Below are positions 28,406-42,530 of a DNA stretch of 64,000 nt, piece by piece; position 1 is the stretch's first letter, and each line of letters opens with the position of its first letter. The notes under the pieces were generated by a model that saw only the letters and a list, made by a program, of their open reading frames with translations, was not told where the DNA came from and searched no databases. This DNA is from Eledone cirrhosa (lineage: Eukaryota), in contig OZ024740.1 of the NCBI GenBank assembly GCA_964016885.1, positions 199,454,001 through 199,518,000 of the forward strand, given 5' to 3'. The position numbers and the translations under genes are program-made.

Positions 28406-28412
<7 letters not shown>
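27311..28412 (+). mobile_element. Non-coding fold-back element: inverted 3' tail, spacer, hammerhead, AATAAA, tail, (TA)n
   Basis: 27311-27370 is the reverse complement of 28354-28412; internal 60-bp tandem repeat (~2.8 copies) at 27782-27950. Confidence 0.75.
28307..28377 (+). ncRNA. Type I hammerhead ribozyme with well-formed stems
   Basis: tattttat-CTGATGA-AAAcACAAATATTAT-tgcatg-ATGATATTTGTtTTT-GAAA-TGCGCA-TA-ataaaata; perfect 8-bp stem I. Confidence 0.85.
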
Positions 28413-28450
<38 letters not shown>

Positions 28451-29200
28451 ATATTAATAAATGTGTAATTTTAATAAATATATATATATATATCCATTTA
28501 TGGTTGACGGCTGAGAGAAACAACTAGTTAATACAGAAGGAGAGCTTTCATTTTTATTAAGGATAAAAAGTGAGTCTTGTTAGTTTGGAGTTTTGCCTGT
28601 TTACCACATGTTCATCTGGCAAGAACTCTGAGCTCTTGCCTGATGATCCTGTGACGACCCTGTGATAAATAGCTCTAGAGTAACAAGACTCACAATTTAG
28701 CATTAATGAAAATGAATTAAATATATATATATAGAACGGGTGGAAAGAAAAACTCTATACAACATTGTTAATAGCTTCATTAATTATTTGTTCGATATCC
28801 ATAAAACATGTTTTGTTATAAACAGTTTAATGGCAGAAGCCATGTACAGCGTTAACCTTCTACAAACGCAACGCTGTTTTCGTCCATTGTTTGCAATCGT
28901 CTGGGAATATCTTTGACTGTGAAGGCTAGGGGTACCATCTTGTATGAATAGGAGTTCATTGGTGATGTCCATTAGATTAGGCCAACATTTAGATGAAATT
29001 TTCAATGGGGAGCATTTTTGTGTGTTTTATGTGTATGTGTGTGTGTTGTGTGCGTGTTTATGTGTATGTGTGTGTGTTTATGTGTATGTGTGAGTGTTTA
29101 TGTGTGTGTGGGTGTGAGTGTGTATGTTTGTGCGTGTGTTTATGTGTATGTGTGAGTGTTTATGTGTGTGTGTGTGTGTGTGTTTATGTGTATGTGTGAG

Positions 29201-29254
<54 letters not shown>

Positions 29255-29869
29255 TGTGTGTGTGTGTGCATACATACACATGTATAAATATTATTTTGGT
29301 TATTACACAAAAGTCATGACCATAGGTAAGGGTTGGAACGGTTACCGAATTGAGAGATAACAGATCCGATATTAAGAATATGTGATTAGAATACCCCAGG
29401 AAAAGGATTACTGGCCAGAACTTGAGGGTAAAACGAACCGGCACGATAGCCAGCTGTGTACTCCGAGCAAGATACCCTTCAACATCATGTGCTGGGTTAG
29501 ACGAGTTTCTCCCTTTTCATCCCTGTCTTATGTAATGTCTCTCGAAGCACTACTTCCCAACATGGAGACGGTGAAGGACATCACACAAGAACAAATGGGT
29601 GGGGGATTCGAAACCAAATATACCGACGAAGTCATCGACGTGGTATCGAACGCTAAATATATTGACGCAAGCGGCATCGTTTTCAGAAAATAGAAAATAT
29701 CGACTGGAAAAGGTCATTTTCATATAGTACTGGTTATAATTAACTGGCAGTAGAACTAAGATAGTGTTAAGCATAGTAGGGGACATTATGAATGTATATA
29801 TTATAAGTTATATTAAATTTGCAAGATTTCGTATCTGAAAATGTGCGTTTAAACCGATATTTTTATACG

Positions 29870-30089
29870 TTGGGAGGGTCATGTTGCCAATAAAAACACA
29901 CATACAAAAGAAGATGGTGTAGGACAGCACAAAAGGCAGACACAAAATAACCAATTAATCACTGAGTAGGTCACAGAATGTGTGACCAAAGAGCTATGGC
30001 AATAAATAAACTACCATCCTGTTATTAAAACAACGAATTGTAAAACCAAAAGGTGCGTGTGTTTTTTATTCTCAGCATGACCCTCCCGA
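29870..30089 (+). mobile_element. Short fold-back element (~30-bp inverted ends) with a degenerate hammerhead at 29959-29999
   Basis: gggagggtcatgttgccaataaaaacacac pairs with gtgtgttttttattctcagcatgaccctccc; CTGAGTA-GGTCACA-gaatg-TGTGACC-AAAGAGCTA, then AATAAA. Confidence 0.55.
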
Positions 30090-31358
30090 ATTAAAACAAT
30101 ACATTATATGTTTATATTTTAAAAAAAAACAAATGAGAGCTTTGCTAGCAAATAAAACATATTTTGTCGCTAGGAAAGTAATCTGCTACATAAACCATAA
30201 TAAAAAAAAAAAATGAACTGTGCCTGCAATCCAAACGTCCTGTCGTGTCACACCTAGCGACATGTTAAGATCTCTTTGAAGGTTACAAATGCTAAACCAA
30301 ATATATTACAATACATGGTGGACTCCACCTATTATTCCAATAGCCTGATTTCATCCATGAGTATTAATTTAAATACACAGGTTTCAGTGGAAAGATCAGC
30401 CACTTCTGCAATCATTTCACGAGCATGTTGTACCGTTTGATCAAATAACTGGAACACGCATCGTCGAAACCGACGGAGGAAAAATGCACTACATATGTGT
30501 GCATGCTAGTATGTACAGATCTGTTTGTATGCCAGTGTTTCTGCGTGAATGTATGTCATTGTGTACATCAATGTGCTTCTTGTATGTATACGTGTGGATA
30601 TCTATGTGTATGTTAGTGGATTTCTAAGAATCTATTTACTACAGATTCTTTTTACATTTACGCAACTCTTGTCATTGTATTTGTGCGTATGTGCCAGTTT
30701 GTACACGAATATGTAGCATTGTGTGTGTTATATCTGTGTATGTATATGTTTGAATCTATTTAACTGCAGATACTTACATTTGTAGCCGTCTTTGATATAT
30801 GCTCAAAAATAAAAGTGGATTTCACAATAAGGTTATTCCAACGTTTTTATTCAAATACAGACTATACAAACATTCGAGGTAATATTTACATTATAAATTA
30901 TGTGTTATTACATTGAGATATGTTCCGTTGGTTTTACACAAAAAATATAATTAATTTAGAAAATGAAAAGAGAAGTGAAATAAAGCAAAAGGGGGGAAAA
31001 AACGGCATTAGTAAAAAGAAAAAGAAGAAAATCTCGCAAAATACACAGTAAATACATAAAGTAATATAGGAAAAGATTTCAGTAAAAATAATGCATTTTT
31101 CTTTTACATTTTATTGAATTAAACGTAATCTGACTAATGGAATATGTTTCAAGAGTAGAAATGATCAGAATTTTTATCTTGGAGGATTGAATGTATCTCG
31201 GACTCAATGACTGACTGATTAGATGTATCTGCTTGTTTACAGATCGTATAATCCTCATTGATATTGGAAATGAATAACTGAATTAAAATAACTGACGCCA
31301 AAATCTACAGCACAAACATCAGTAGCACACTTTACAGACACACACATTCTCCTCTCTT

Positions 31359-31407
<49 letters not shown>

Positions 31408-31599
31408 ATCTCTCTATATCTCCTCTCTCTCTCTTTGTTCATCCCTTTCATGAATCTATCTATATATATGTGTGTGTGCACAAGTTTAAACACGTACACT
31501 TCCACTCTCTATCAACTATTTTCTCTCATTCTCTCTTCTAGCTTTCATTTTTTCTCTCTCTCCCTATATATGTATATATATATATATATATATATGAAT

Positions 31600-33814
31600 A
31601 TGAAATCGAAAATGCAACTGGAGTCTTATTTAAAAAAATATATATAATATTTATTTGGTTCCTTTACCGGTTTCGCAGTTCTTCTGGTTTTCAAAAGTAG
31701 AGTTGAGATGGAGGGTCAGTGGTGTTTCTCACATCTGGTTGGTCTTTGAATGAATGTTACTTGTTTTATATGGAAAAAAGTGGCTCAAAACGCCAGTTTT
31801 TAGAGAAGTAATTTGATTGGTTGGTCAATAAGTATAATACATTTCGTACCAGTTCGCGTTAGAAAGTGCTTCAAACAAGGGGGGGGGGGCTCGATTTGGA
31901 TTTTCATATATGAGTGTTTGAATTTCTGTTTACTTAAAAAAATGGGCTCACGAAGGCTTTTTTTAAAAATGTAATTTGATTGGTTATAAATGAAATTAAT
32001 ACCTGTCTCGTGAACAAGTTCATTAAATTTCGCGTCCGTATTTGGGAATATATTTTGTAGCCTTTTAGAGAATTTTATGACAATAAAATTAGTGGCTCAC
32101 GAAGGATTTTAAAAATAAAAATGTAATTTGATTGGTTATAAATGAAATTATAGCTCTCACGTTAAGAAGTTCATTAAATTTCGGGCCCGTATTTGGGAAT
32201 TTATTTTATAGCCTTTTAGAGAATTGTATGACAATAAAAAAAGTGGCTCATGAAGGTCTTTTTTTTTTAAATGCAATTTTATTGGTTATAAATGAAATTA
32301 TGACTGTCACGTGAACACGTTCATTAAATTTCGTGCCCGTATTTGGGAATTTAATTTGTAGCCTTTTAGAAAATTTTATGACAAGCAAAAGAATGGTCAA
32401 GAGAAATGGGATGTGAGAATTGTTCTGGTTCAGTGATTATGGCTAGTTCGCTGGGGTGTCAGAGATCAGATTTTCTATTGAAATAAAGAAAGTAGACATA
32501 TATATGTATATTTGTGTGTTTGTGTGTGTGTGTGTAGGAAAATGATTCTATTAGTAGAAATTGGGGTGGCAGTTGTGTGTATGTGTGTGTGGGGGAGGTT
32601 GTGCGTGTGTGCATGGGGATTATGTGTGTGTGGGAGTAGGGTTAGCATGTTAAGATGAATAGAATATATATTGTGTGTGTGTGTGTGTGCGTGTAGGAAA
32701 ATGATTCCGTTAGTAGGAATATTTTGGAATGAACATATTTTCATTACTTATTCGTATTTGTTCTGTTGTATTGTCAGCGCAAACGTATGTTAAGGTTTAT
32801 TTAGTTCGGGTTTTTATTTTCTAAACTAGATGGTCTTATGTGTGTGTGTATGTGTCTGTTTGGATGGTTAGCATGTTATGGTGTTGACATAATGTATATT
32901 AAACCATATTTAATGCTGGTCTATATTTTTGAATAAACATATTTTCCTTATTTATTCGTATTTGTGCTGCTGTACTGTCAGAGCAAAGGTAAAATAGGAA
33001 GACTTGGAATGTTGGTGTCTTATTACTTGCGCAAATGTCTATATGTGCGATTAGTGGTATCTGTCTCGTGGTTGGGTCTCGTAATTGTTGGCGATTAACT
33101 GTCAGTCTATTTCTGAGTGTGAGTCTAGTTAGTCCAATATAATCTTCATTGCATCCTTTACATTTAATGGCATAAATTAGATCGTTTGATGAGCAAGTGA
33201 AGTGGTTTTTTACAGCAAAATTTTGTCCTGATTTAAATGTATACGTGTTGCCTTCAATGAGGTGAGTGCAGGTTTCACAATTAGAGTGACCACATTTTTT
33301 GACAGTTGGTTGTGGGTTTTTGGTAGGTAATTTGGCATTGGTGAGTAATGTTTTCAATGATATCGGTTGTCTTTTGCTTTCGATTATGTTTTGTGTTTCA
33401 AGGGCTTTTTTTCATTCTTGAGTTTTGTTTCAGTAGTGGGATGTTCTTGTGAATAGTGTTGTAAGCTTCCGCATATTTTGGGTAGTGTGTTGAGATATAT
33501 GATAGAATATTGGACGTACCTTGAATTTGTTTCTGTTTTCGTAATTCATCAATGCCTATTCCATTATTTATTAGTAACGGTGGTTACACTCTTTCGAATA
33601 GAATTTCATTTAAATCTTGAATTCTTTTATTTCGCGCCCGTATTTGGGAACTTATTTTGTAGCCGTTTAGAGAATTGTATGACAAGCAAAAGAATGGCCA
33701 AGAGAAATGGGATGGGAGAATTGTTCTGGTTCAGTGAATATGGCTAGTTCGCTGGGGTGTCAGAGTTCAGATTTTCTATTGAAATAAAGAAAGTAGACAT
33801 ATGTATGTTTATTT

Positions 33815-33853
<39 letters not shown>

Positions 33854-35259
33854 GGAAGATGATCCTATTGGTAGAAATGGGGAAATAGTTGTTTGTGTGT
33901 GTATATGGATATTATGTGTGTGTGTGGGAGTATGTTAAGATGGAGAGAATATATATATTTTGTATGTGTGTAGGAAAGTGATTTATTAGTAGAAATGGGG
34001 GAGGGAGTTGTGTGCTCGGGAGAGGGTGTTATTCGTGTGTGTATGGGTGTTATGTGTGTGTGGGAGTATGGTTAGCATGTTAAAATGAAGAGAATATATA
34101 TATATTGTGTGCGTGTGTGTGCGTGTAGGGAAATGATTCCTTTAGTAGGAATATTTTTGAATGAACATATTTTCCTTCCTTATTCGTATTTGTTCTGTTG
34201 TATTCTCAGCGCAAACGTATGTTAATATTTATTTAGTTCGGGTGTTTATTTTCTAAAGTAGAGGGTCTTATGTGTGTGTATGTGTCTGTTTGGATGGTTA
34301 GCATGTTATGGTGTTGACATAATGTATATTAAACCATATTAAATGCTGGTCTATATTTTTGAATAAACATATTTTCCTTGTTTATTCGTATTTGTTCTGT
34401 TGTATTGTCAGCTGAAATGTAAAATGGGAAGACTTGGAATTTAGGTGTCTTAATACTTGCGCAAATGTCTATATGTGCGATTAGTGGTATCTGTCTCGTG
34501 GTTGGATCTCGTAATTGTTGGCGATGAACTGTCATTCTATTTCTGAGTGTGAGTTTAGTTTGTCCTATATAATCTTCATTGCATCCTTTACATTTAATGG
34601 CATAAATTAGATCGTTGTTTGAGCAAGTGAAGTGATTTTTTACAGCAAAATTTTGTCCTGATTTAAATGTATACGTGTTGCCTTCAATGAGGTGAGTGCA
34701 GGTTTCACAATTAGAGCGACCACATTTTTTGACAGTTGGTTGTGGGTTTGTGGTATGTAATTTGGCATTGGTGAGTAATGTTTTCAGTGATTTCGGTTAT
34801 CTTTTGCTTTTGATTATTTTGTGTGTTTCAAGGGCTTTTTTCATTCTTGGGTCTTGTTTCAATAGTGGGATGTTCTTGTGAATAGTGTTGTAAGCTTCCG
34901 CATTTCTTGGGTAGTGTGTTGAGATATATGATAGAATATTGGACGCACCTTGAATTTGATTTCGTAATTCATCAATGCCTATTACTTTAGCCCTTTCTAT
35001 TCCATTATTTATTAGTAATGGTGGGTACAGACTGTATCTCGAGTAGACTTTCCTTTAATTCTTGAAGTCTTTTATTTCGCGCCCGTATTTGGGAATTTAT
35101 TTTGTAGCGGTTTAGAGAATTTTATGACAAGCAAAAGAATGGTCAAGAGAAATGGGATGGGAGAATTGTTCTGGTTCAGTGAATATGGCTAGTTTGCTGG
35201 GGTGTCAGAGTTCAGATTTTCTATTGAAATAAAGAAAGTAGACATATGTATGTTTATTT

Positions 35260-35320
<61 letters not shown>

Positions 35321-36806
35321 GGAAGATGATTCTATTGGTAGAAATGGGGAAATAGTTGTTTGTGTGTGTATATGGATATTATGTGTGTGTGTGGGAGTAT
35401 GTTAAGATGGAGAGAATATATATATTTTGTATGTGTGTAGGAAAGTGATTTATTAGTAGAAATGGGGGAGGGAGTTGTGTGCTCGGGAGAGGGTGTTATG
35501 CGTGTGTGTATGGGTGTTATGTGTGTGTGGGAGTATGGTTAGCATGTTAAAATGAAGAGAATATATATATATTGTGTGCGTGTGTGTAGGGAAATGATTC
35601 CTTTAGTAGGAATATTTTTGAATGAACATATTTTCCTTCCTTATTCGTATTTGTTCTGTTGTATTCTCAGCGCAAACGTATGTTAATATTTATTTAGTTC
35701 GGGTGTTTATTTTCTAAAGTAGATGGTCTTATGTGTGTGTGTATGTGTCTGTTTGGATGGTTAGCATGTTATGGTGTTGACATAATGTATATTAAACCAT
35801 ATTAAATGCGTTCTATATTTTTGAATAAACATATTTTCCTTGTTTATTCGTATTTGTTCTGTTGTATTGTCAGCTGAAATGTAAAATGGGAAGACTTGGA
35901 ATTTAGGTGTCTTAATACTTGCGCAAATGTCTATATGTGCGATTAGTGGTATCTGTCTCGTGGTTGGATCTCGTAATTGTTGGCGATGAGAGTTTAGTTT
36001 GTCCTATATAATCTTCATTGCATCCTTTACATTTAATGGCATAAATTAGATCGTTGTTTGAGCAAGTGAAGTGATTTTTTACAGCAAAATTTTGTCCTGA
36101 TTTAAATGTATACGTGTTGCCTTCAATGAGGTGAGTGCAGGTTTCACAATTAGAGCGACCACATTTTTTGACAGTTGGTTGTGGGTTTGTGGTATGTAAT
36201 TTGGCATTGGTGAGTAATGTTTTCAGTGATTTCGGTTATCTTTTGCTATTGATTATTTTGTGTGTTTCAAGGGCTTTTTTCATTCTTGGGTCTTGTTTCA
36301 ATAGTGGGATGTTCTTGTGAATAGTGTTGTAAGCTTCCGCATTTCTTGGGTAGTGTGTTGAGATATATGATAGAATATTGGACGCACCTTGAATTTGATT
36401 TCGTAATTCATCAATGCCTATTACTTTAGCCCTTTCTATTCCATTATTTATTAGTAATGGTGGGTACAGACTGTATCTCGAGTAGACTTTCCTTTAATTA
36501 TTGAAGTCTTTTATTTCGCGCCCGTATTTGGGAATTTATTTTGTAGCGGTTTAGAGAATTTTATGACAAGCAAAAGAATGGTCAAGAGAAATGGGATGGG
36601 AGAATTGTTCTGGTTCAGTGAATATGGCTAGTTCGCTGGGGTGTCAGAGTTCAGATTTTCTATTGAAATAAAGAAAGTAGACATATGTATGTTTATTTGT
36701 GTGCTTGTGCGTGTGTCTCTGTGTGTGTGTGTATATAGGAAGATGATTCTATTGGTAGAAATGGCGGAGGGAGATGTGTGTGTGTGTATATGGGTGTTAT
36801 GTGTGT
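31600..36806 (-). mobile_element. Inverted PLE array: pseudo-LTR plus three tandem copies of the thumb/GIY-YIG/3' UTR segment
   Basis: Reverse complement of the 40.6-42.6 kb region; EN ORF 32899-33357 (CGHSNCETC, LIYAIKC..YIG); unit junctions at ~33632, ~35077 and ~36516. Confidence 0.92.
31662..31697 (-). ncRNA. Hammerhead (U3:A8) in the inverted pseudo-LTR
   Basis: Reverse complement: ctt-TTGAAAA-CCAG-aagaa-CTGC-GAAA-CCGG-TA-aag. Confidence 0.6.
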
Positions 36807-37727
36807 CGAACAACTGAATGATTTCAACAATACAACAGCACAAATACGAATAAGTAGGGAAAATATGTTCATTCAAAAATATTCTTACTAACGGAATCAT
36901 TTCCCTACACTCACACACAATATATATTCTCTTCATCTTAACATGCTAACCATACTCCCACACACACATAACACCCATACACAAAACACATACCCCCCCC
37001 CCCGGCACACAAACAACTCCCTCCCCCATTTCTACTAATAGAATCACTTTCCTACACACACAAACACAAAATATATATAGTCTCTCCATCTTAACATACT
37101 CCCACACACACATAACACCCATATACACACACAGAAAACTCCCTCCCCCATTTCTACCAATAGAATAATATTCCTATACACACACACACATACACATACA
37201 CACACAGAAACACAGAAATAAAAATACATATGTCTATTTTATTTATTTCAATAGACAATCTGAACTCTGACACCCCAGCGAACTAGCCATATTGACTGAA
37301 CCTGAACAATTCTCCCATCCCATTTCTCTTGACCATTCTTTTGCTTGTCATAAAATTCTCTAAAAGGCTACAAAATAAATTCCCAAATACGGGCGCGATT
37401 TTAATGAACTTGTTCACGTGACAGTCATAATTTAATTTATAACCAATGAAATTGCATTAAAAAAAAAAGGTTTTCGTGAGCCCCTTTTTTTAAGTAAACA
37501 GAAATTCAAACACTCATACATGAAAAAACAACCTGAGCCCCCCCCCCCCTTTTATTGATGAACTTTGTAACGCGAATTGGCGCGAAATTTATTATACTTA
37601 TTGACCAACCAATCAAATTACTTCTCTAAAAACCTGGCGTTTCGAGTCATTTTTTTCCATATAAAACAAGTCACATTCAAAGACCAACCAGATGTGAGAA
37701 AAACCACAAACCTGCATCTTAACATTA

Positions 37728-37763
37728 CTTTTGAAAAGTAGAAGAACTGCGAAACCGGTAAAG
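37728..37763 (+). ncRNA. Hammerhead (U3:A8) in the 5' pseudo-LTR
   Basis: ctt-TTGAAAA-GTAG-aagaa-CTGC-GAAA-CCGG-TA-aag. Confidence 0.65.
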
Positions 37764-38049
37764 GAACAAAATAAATATATATATATTTTTAAAAATAATA
37801 TTCCAGTTGCATTTTCGATTTCATCTTTTTTTGTTTATATTTTCACTCGTGTAGGACACCTCGGTCATTTTTCATTTTGTAAAAAAACCTCACTTTCTAG
37901 TACATACCCACCACACGAAGACCGAAATGCCACCAAAGTCTCAACAAAACAACAACTCACTGAACCAGGTCATCTTAAATGAACTCAAAGAGATTTCCTC
38001 TAAACTCTCAATTTTGACCAACAAAGTGGACCAAATACACATCTATAAA

Positions 38050-41000
38050 AATGGACCCCACGAATAAACAGAAAATACCCAACAGACGAATATTACTCCA
38101 GCATTAACTAAACTAATCGAAACCAATCTACGAGATGTACACTCAGTGAAAAACACCCTAATATGGACTCAAAAGCTCACAACCCGCAAATTCACATTTT
38201 GGAATCTCCTAAAAAATAATGGCAAGGCAGACATATATGAAAAGTGGCTAAACTCTACCCAATCACCCTCCCCAAAAAAACTCTAGATAAAACCCATCCC
38301 TAATGAACCAGAAAACCAACAAAGACTTAGGGAAAAGATGGCGTTAGAAAAAATTAAAATAGAAATAGAACTGTTGCGATTAAGAGCCAACTCCAACGAA
38401 GAAAAATTCAAGTCACTCGATCAACAGATGGTAACAAAATCTCAAGGCACTCTGAAGGCCTACTCTATGAAAAAACCTTAAAACTTTGGAAAGAAACTGT
38501 GAGGATGAAGAACTAACACCCCTCCAGCGATGGGAAAACAACGCCACCTGGGTCAACAACTACGAAATGGATTTCAAAAATGAACAACATACAGGTAACC
38601 CATTTTAAAACAAACTAAACTCACTCACGACATGCACAACAAATAACAAATAAAGTAACAAAACATACACAACAAATATCAAAAAAAGTAACAAAACGTC
38701 CAACATATCCCAGCAAAACTATAACGATAATCCCAGAACCCATAGACAAAACTATAACCCTACTAACAAAAACCGAAGATACCCAACACAAGACAGGACC
38801 CGATCTGCAGATCACAACCCACACAAAACCTATTCCCAAACCGTGGATCCTTGCCCACAGAGAGACTGTTCCAAAATCGTAGATCCCAACCCACAGAAAG
38901 GAACAAAATCTACAACCCGGAATATCAACAAACCGAACCTCAATACGTTCGAAACTTCTATACAAGACCACACAACAACAGGCGAAATGCCATTAGATAT
39001 AATAATACCATTGAAAAAACATTCCAGAAAAATCATTTTTTAGACCAAGGTTTCAGGACACACGACACCCGGTAGAACAAACCGGTTTTGAAAAACCGAA
39101 AATAATCAACCTTTCAAATACAAACCTCTCAGCCCAACAAGTAAAACTTCTCTCCAAAGGACTGAAATTCACACCAACACCACAATATTCTAACCTCCAT
39201 GAGATAAATGACGATATCTCACACTTCGGTAGAAAATTACGTCTCACAGAGGAATTATTTGACAAGGAGAATAACGACGAATCAATTGTACTGAATAAAA
39301 GTAGCTACAACCCAACAAAAGGTAGAAACAGAGTTCTGGACACATTTTGTGACCATATAGCCACTTTCCCATACCATGAACTACCGCAACCTAAATCCAA
39401 ACCCAAGACGAGTCGAAGGGAATGGGAGATTATCCATGAAGTAAAAAGCAATACGGACATTATAATTAAGGAAGCGGACAAGGGAAGTACTGTTGTCATT
39501 ATGGATGCTGAAAAATATAAAAATTCTATGCTCTCTCACAAAATACTTATTACTATGAAAGAGTAAAAACTACCAGCAATCAAAAACAATGACCAGATTA
39601 AACACACTGATCTGTCGATACCAGGAACACTTAACTAAAAAGGAACGCGATTATTTAACACATGTTGAATACAAAACCAGCAACCTTTACGGACTTCCGA
39701 AGATCCACAAGTGTAAAATAATTAACGATGCCTGTTAACAATCCACCTCAGCCTGCGTGAACACACAATACCCCACAGATCTTAAATTAAGACCAATTGT
39801 AGCGAGCCCACAATGTGAAGCACACAGACTGAACAACTTTATAGACATACTACTAAAACCAATTCTCAAACCTCATACCAAGCCTTGTAAGAGACGATCT
39901 GGTCCTCTTAAACCACCTCCCCAAATATGTCAACAACGATACTATTATTGTGTCTTTTGATGTAGTGAATCTCTACACAGCGATCCCACACCAATACGGA
40001 CTAGAAGCAATAGGATTCTGGCTAGAGAAATATCCCAATGAGATAACTGGCAGAATAGAAAAAAGCTTCATCAACGAGGGATTAACATTTATCTTACAGA
40101 ACAATTTTTTTGATTTCGATGCCAGTAATTACAAGCAAATATCGGGGACTGCGATGGGTATAAAAGCCGCTCCGACTTATGCCAACTTAGTCATGGCATA
40201 CTTAGAAGTCCAGATTTATGAACAGTCCAAATCAAAATACGGATTGAATTTCCACAAATATTTATCAGAGAATTGGAAACGCTACTTGGATGATTGCCTC
40301 ATTCTTTGGCTCACACACTCGACTAACTGAATGATTTCAACAATTTAATAAACAGCATCAATAACCACATCCAATTCACAATGGAATACAGCCAAGATCA
40401 ACTCCCATTTCTGGACATCTTAATCTTAAAAAAGACACAAATATTGAAACTGACATACACTACAAACCAACAGATTCCAAACAATACCTGCTATTCACCT
40501 GCAACCATCCAAAGCACACGAAGACGAACATTTCTTTTAACCTAGCAAGAATAATTTGCACAATTGTCTCCAATTATGAAACGCGAAATAGAAGACTTCA
40601 AGAATTAAAGGAAATTCTACTCGAAAGACAGTACCCACCATTACTAATAAATAATGGAATAGAAAGCGCTAAAGTAATAGGCATTGATGAGTTACGAAAA
40701 CAGAAACAAATTCAAGGTACGTCCAATATTATATCATATATCTCAACACACAACCCACGAAATGCGGAAGCTTACAACACTATTCACAAGAACATCCCAC
40801 TACTGAAACAAGACCCAAGAATGAAAAAAGCCCTTGAAACACAAAAAATAATCAAAACCAAAAGACAACCGAAATCGCTGAAAACATTACTCACCAATGC
40901 CAAATTACATACCAAAAACCGACAAACCAACTGTTAAAAAATTAGGTCGCTCTAATTGTAAAACCTCATTGAAGGCAGCACGTATACATTTAAATCAGGA

Positions 41001-41329
41001 CAACATTTTGCTGTTAAAAATTACTTCACTTGCTCATCAAAAAAATCTAATGTATGCCATTAAATGTAAGGGATGCAATGAAGATATATATAGGACAAAC
41101 TAAACTCACACTCAGAAATAGTCTGACAGTTAATCGCCAACAATTACGAGATCCAACCACGAGACAGATACCACTAAGCGCACATCTAGACATTTGCGCA
41201 AGTAATAAGACATCGAAATTCCAAGTCTTCCCATTATACCTTTGCGCCTACAATACAAGAGAACAAATACGAATAGATAAGGAAAATATGTTTATTCAAA
41301 AATATAGACCAGCATTAAATATGGTTTAA
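38050..41329 (+). pseudogene. PLE ORF (N-terminal region, reverse transcriptase, GIY-YIG) with multiple stops and frameshifts
   Basis: IINLS..LLSKGLKFTPTP; IIIKEADKGSTVVIMD; LYGLPKIHK; RPIVAS; SFDVVNLYTAIP; GTAMG..AAPTYANL; WKRYLDD; LPFLD; YIGQT..R. Confidence 0.93.
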
Positions 41330-41849
41330 TATACATTATGTCAACACCATAACATGCTAACCATCCAAACAGACACATACACACACACATAACACCTTCT
41401 ACTTTAGAAAATAAAAATCCGAACTAAATAAACCTTAACATACGTTTGCGCTGACAATACAACAGAACAAATACGAATGAGTAAGGGAAATATGTTCATT
41501 CAAAAATATTCCTACTATCGGAATCATTTTCCTACACACGCACACCACTATCTCTCCCATTTCTACTAATAGAATCACTTTCCTACACACATACACACAC
41601 AAAATATATGCATTCTCTCCATCTTAACATAATCCCACACACACATATATAACACCCACATACACACACAACTCCCTCTCCCATTTCTACCAATAGAATA
41701 ATCTTCCTATACACACACACACAAACATACAAATAAACATACATATATCTACTTTCTTTATTTCAATAGAAAATCTGAACTCTGACACCCATATTCACTG
41801 AACCAGAACAATTCTCCCATCCCATTTCTCTTGACCATTTTTTTGCTTG

Positions 41850-42290
41850 TCATAAAATTCTCTAAAAGTCTACAAAATAAATTCCCAAATACAGGCGCGA
41901 AATTTAATGAACTTGTTCACGTGACAGTCATAATTTCATTCATAGCCAATAAAATTGCATTTAAAAAAAAAAGCCTTCGTGAGCCACTTTTTTATTGTCA
42001 TAAAATTATCTAAAACACTACAAAATAAATTCCCAAATAAGGGCGCGATTTTTAATGAACCCGTTCACGTGAGAGCCATAATTTCATTTATAACCAATCA
42101 AATTACATTTTTTAAAAAAAGTCTTCGTGAGCCACTTTTTTTATTGTCATACCATTCTCTAAAAGGCTACAAAATAAATTCCCAAATACGGGCACGAAAT
42201 TTAATGAACTTGTTCAGGTGAGAGCGATAATTTCATTTATAACCAATCAAATTATATTTAAAAAAAAAAGTTTTCGTGAGCCCCTTTATT
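41850..42290 (+). repeat. ~149-bp minisatellite (3 copies) inside the pseudo-LTR
   Basis: Units start at ~41850, ~41998 and ~42148; three units also at 31.9-32.4 kb; a single unit at 37.35-37.49 kb. Confidence 0.85.
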
Positions 42291-42530
42291 TTAAGTAAAA
42301 AGAAATTCAAACACTCATATATGAAAAAAACAACCTTTGCACCCCCACCCCCTTGTTTGAAGAACTTTGTAACGCGAACTGGCGCGAAATTTATTATACT
42401 TATTGATCAACCAATCAAATTACTTCTCTAAAATCCTGGCGTTTTGAGCCAATTTTTTACATAGAAAACAAGTAACATTTAAAGACCAACCAGATGTGAG
42501 AAAAACCACAGACCCACCATCTCAACTCTA

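Noticed and set aside
28545-28716. CTGATGA inside a small inverted repeat
   Set aside because: No GAAA and no convincing stem II
29382-29693. 103-aa ORF with ordinary composition
   Set aside because: No recognisable motif or splice context; cannot be supported as a gene
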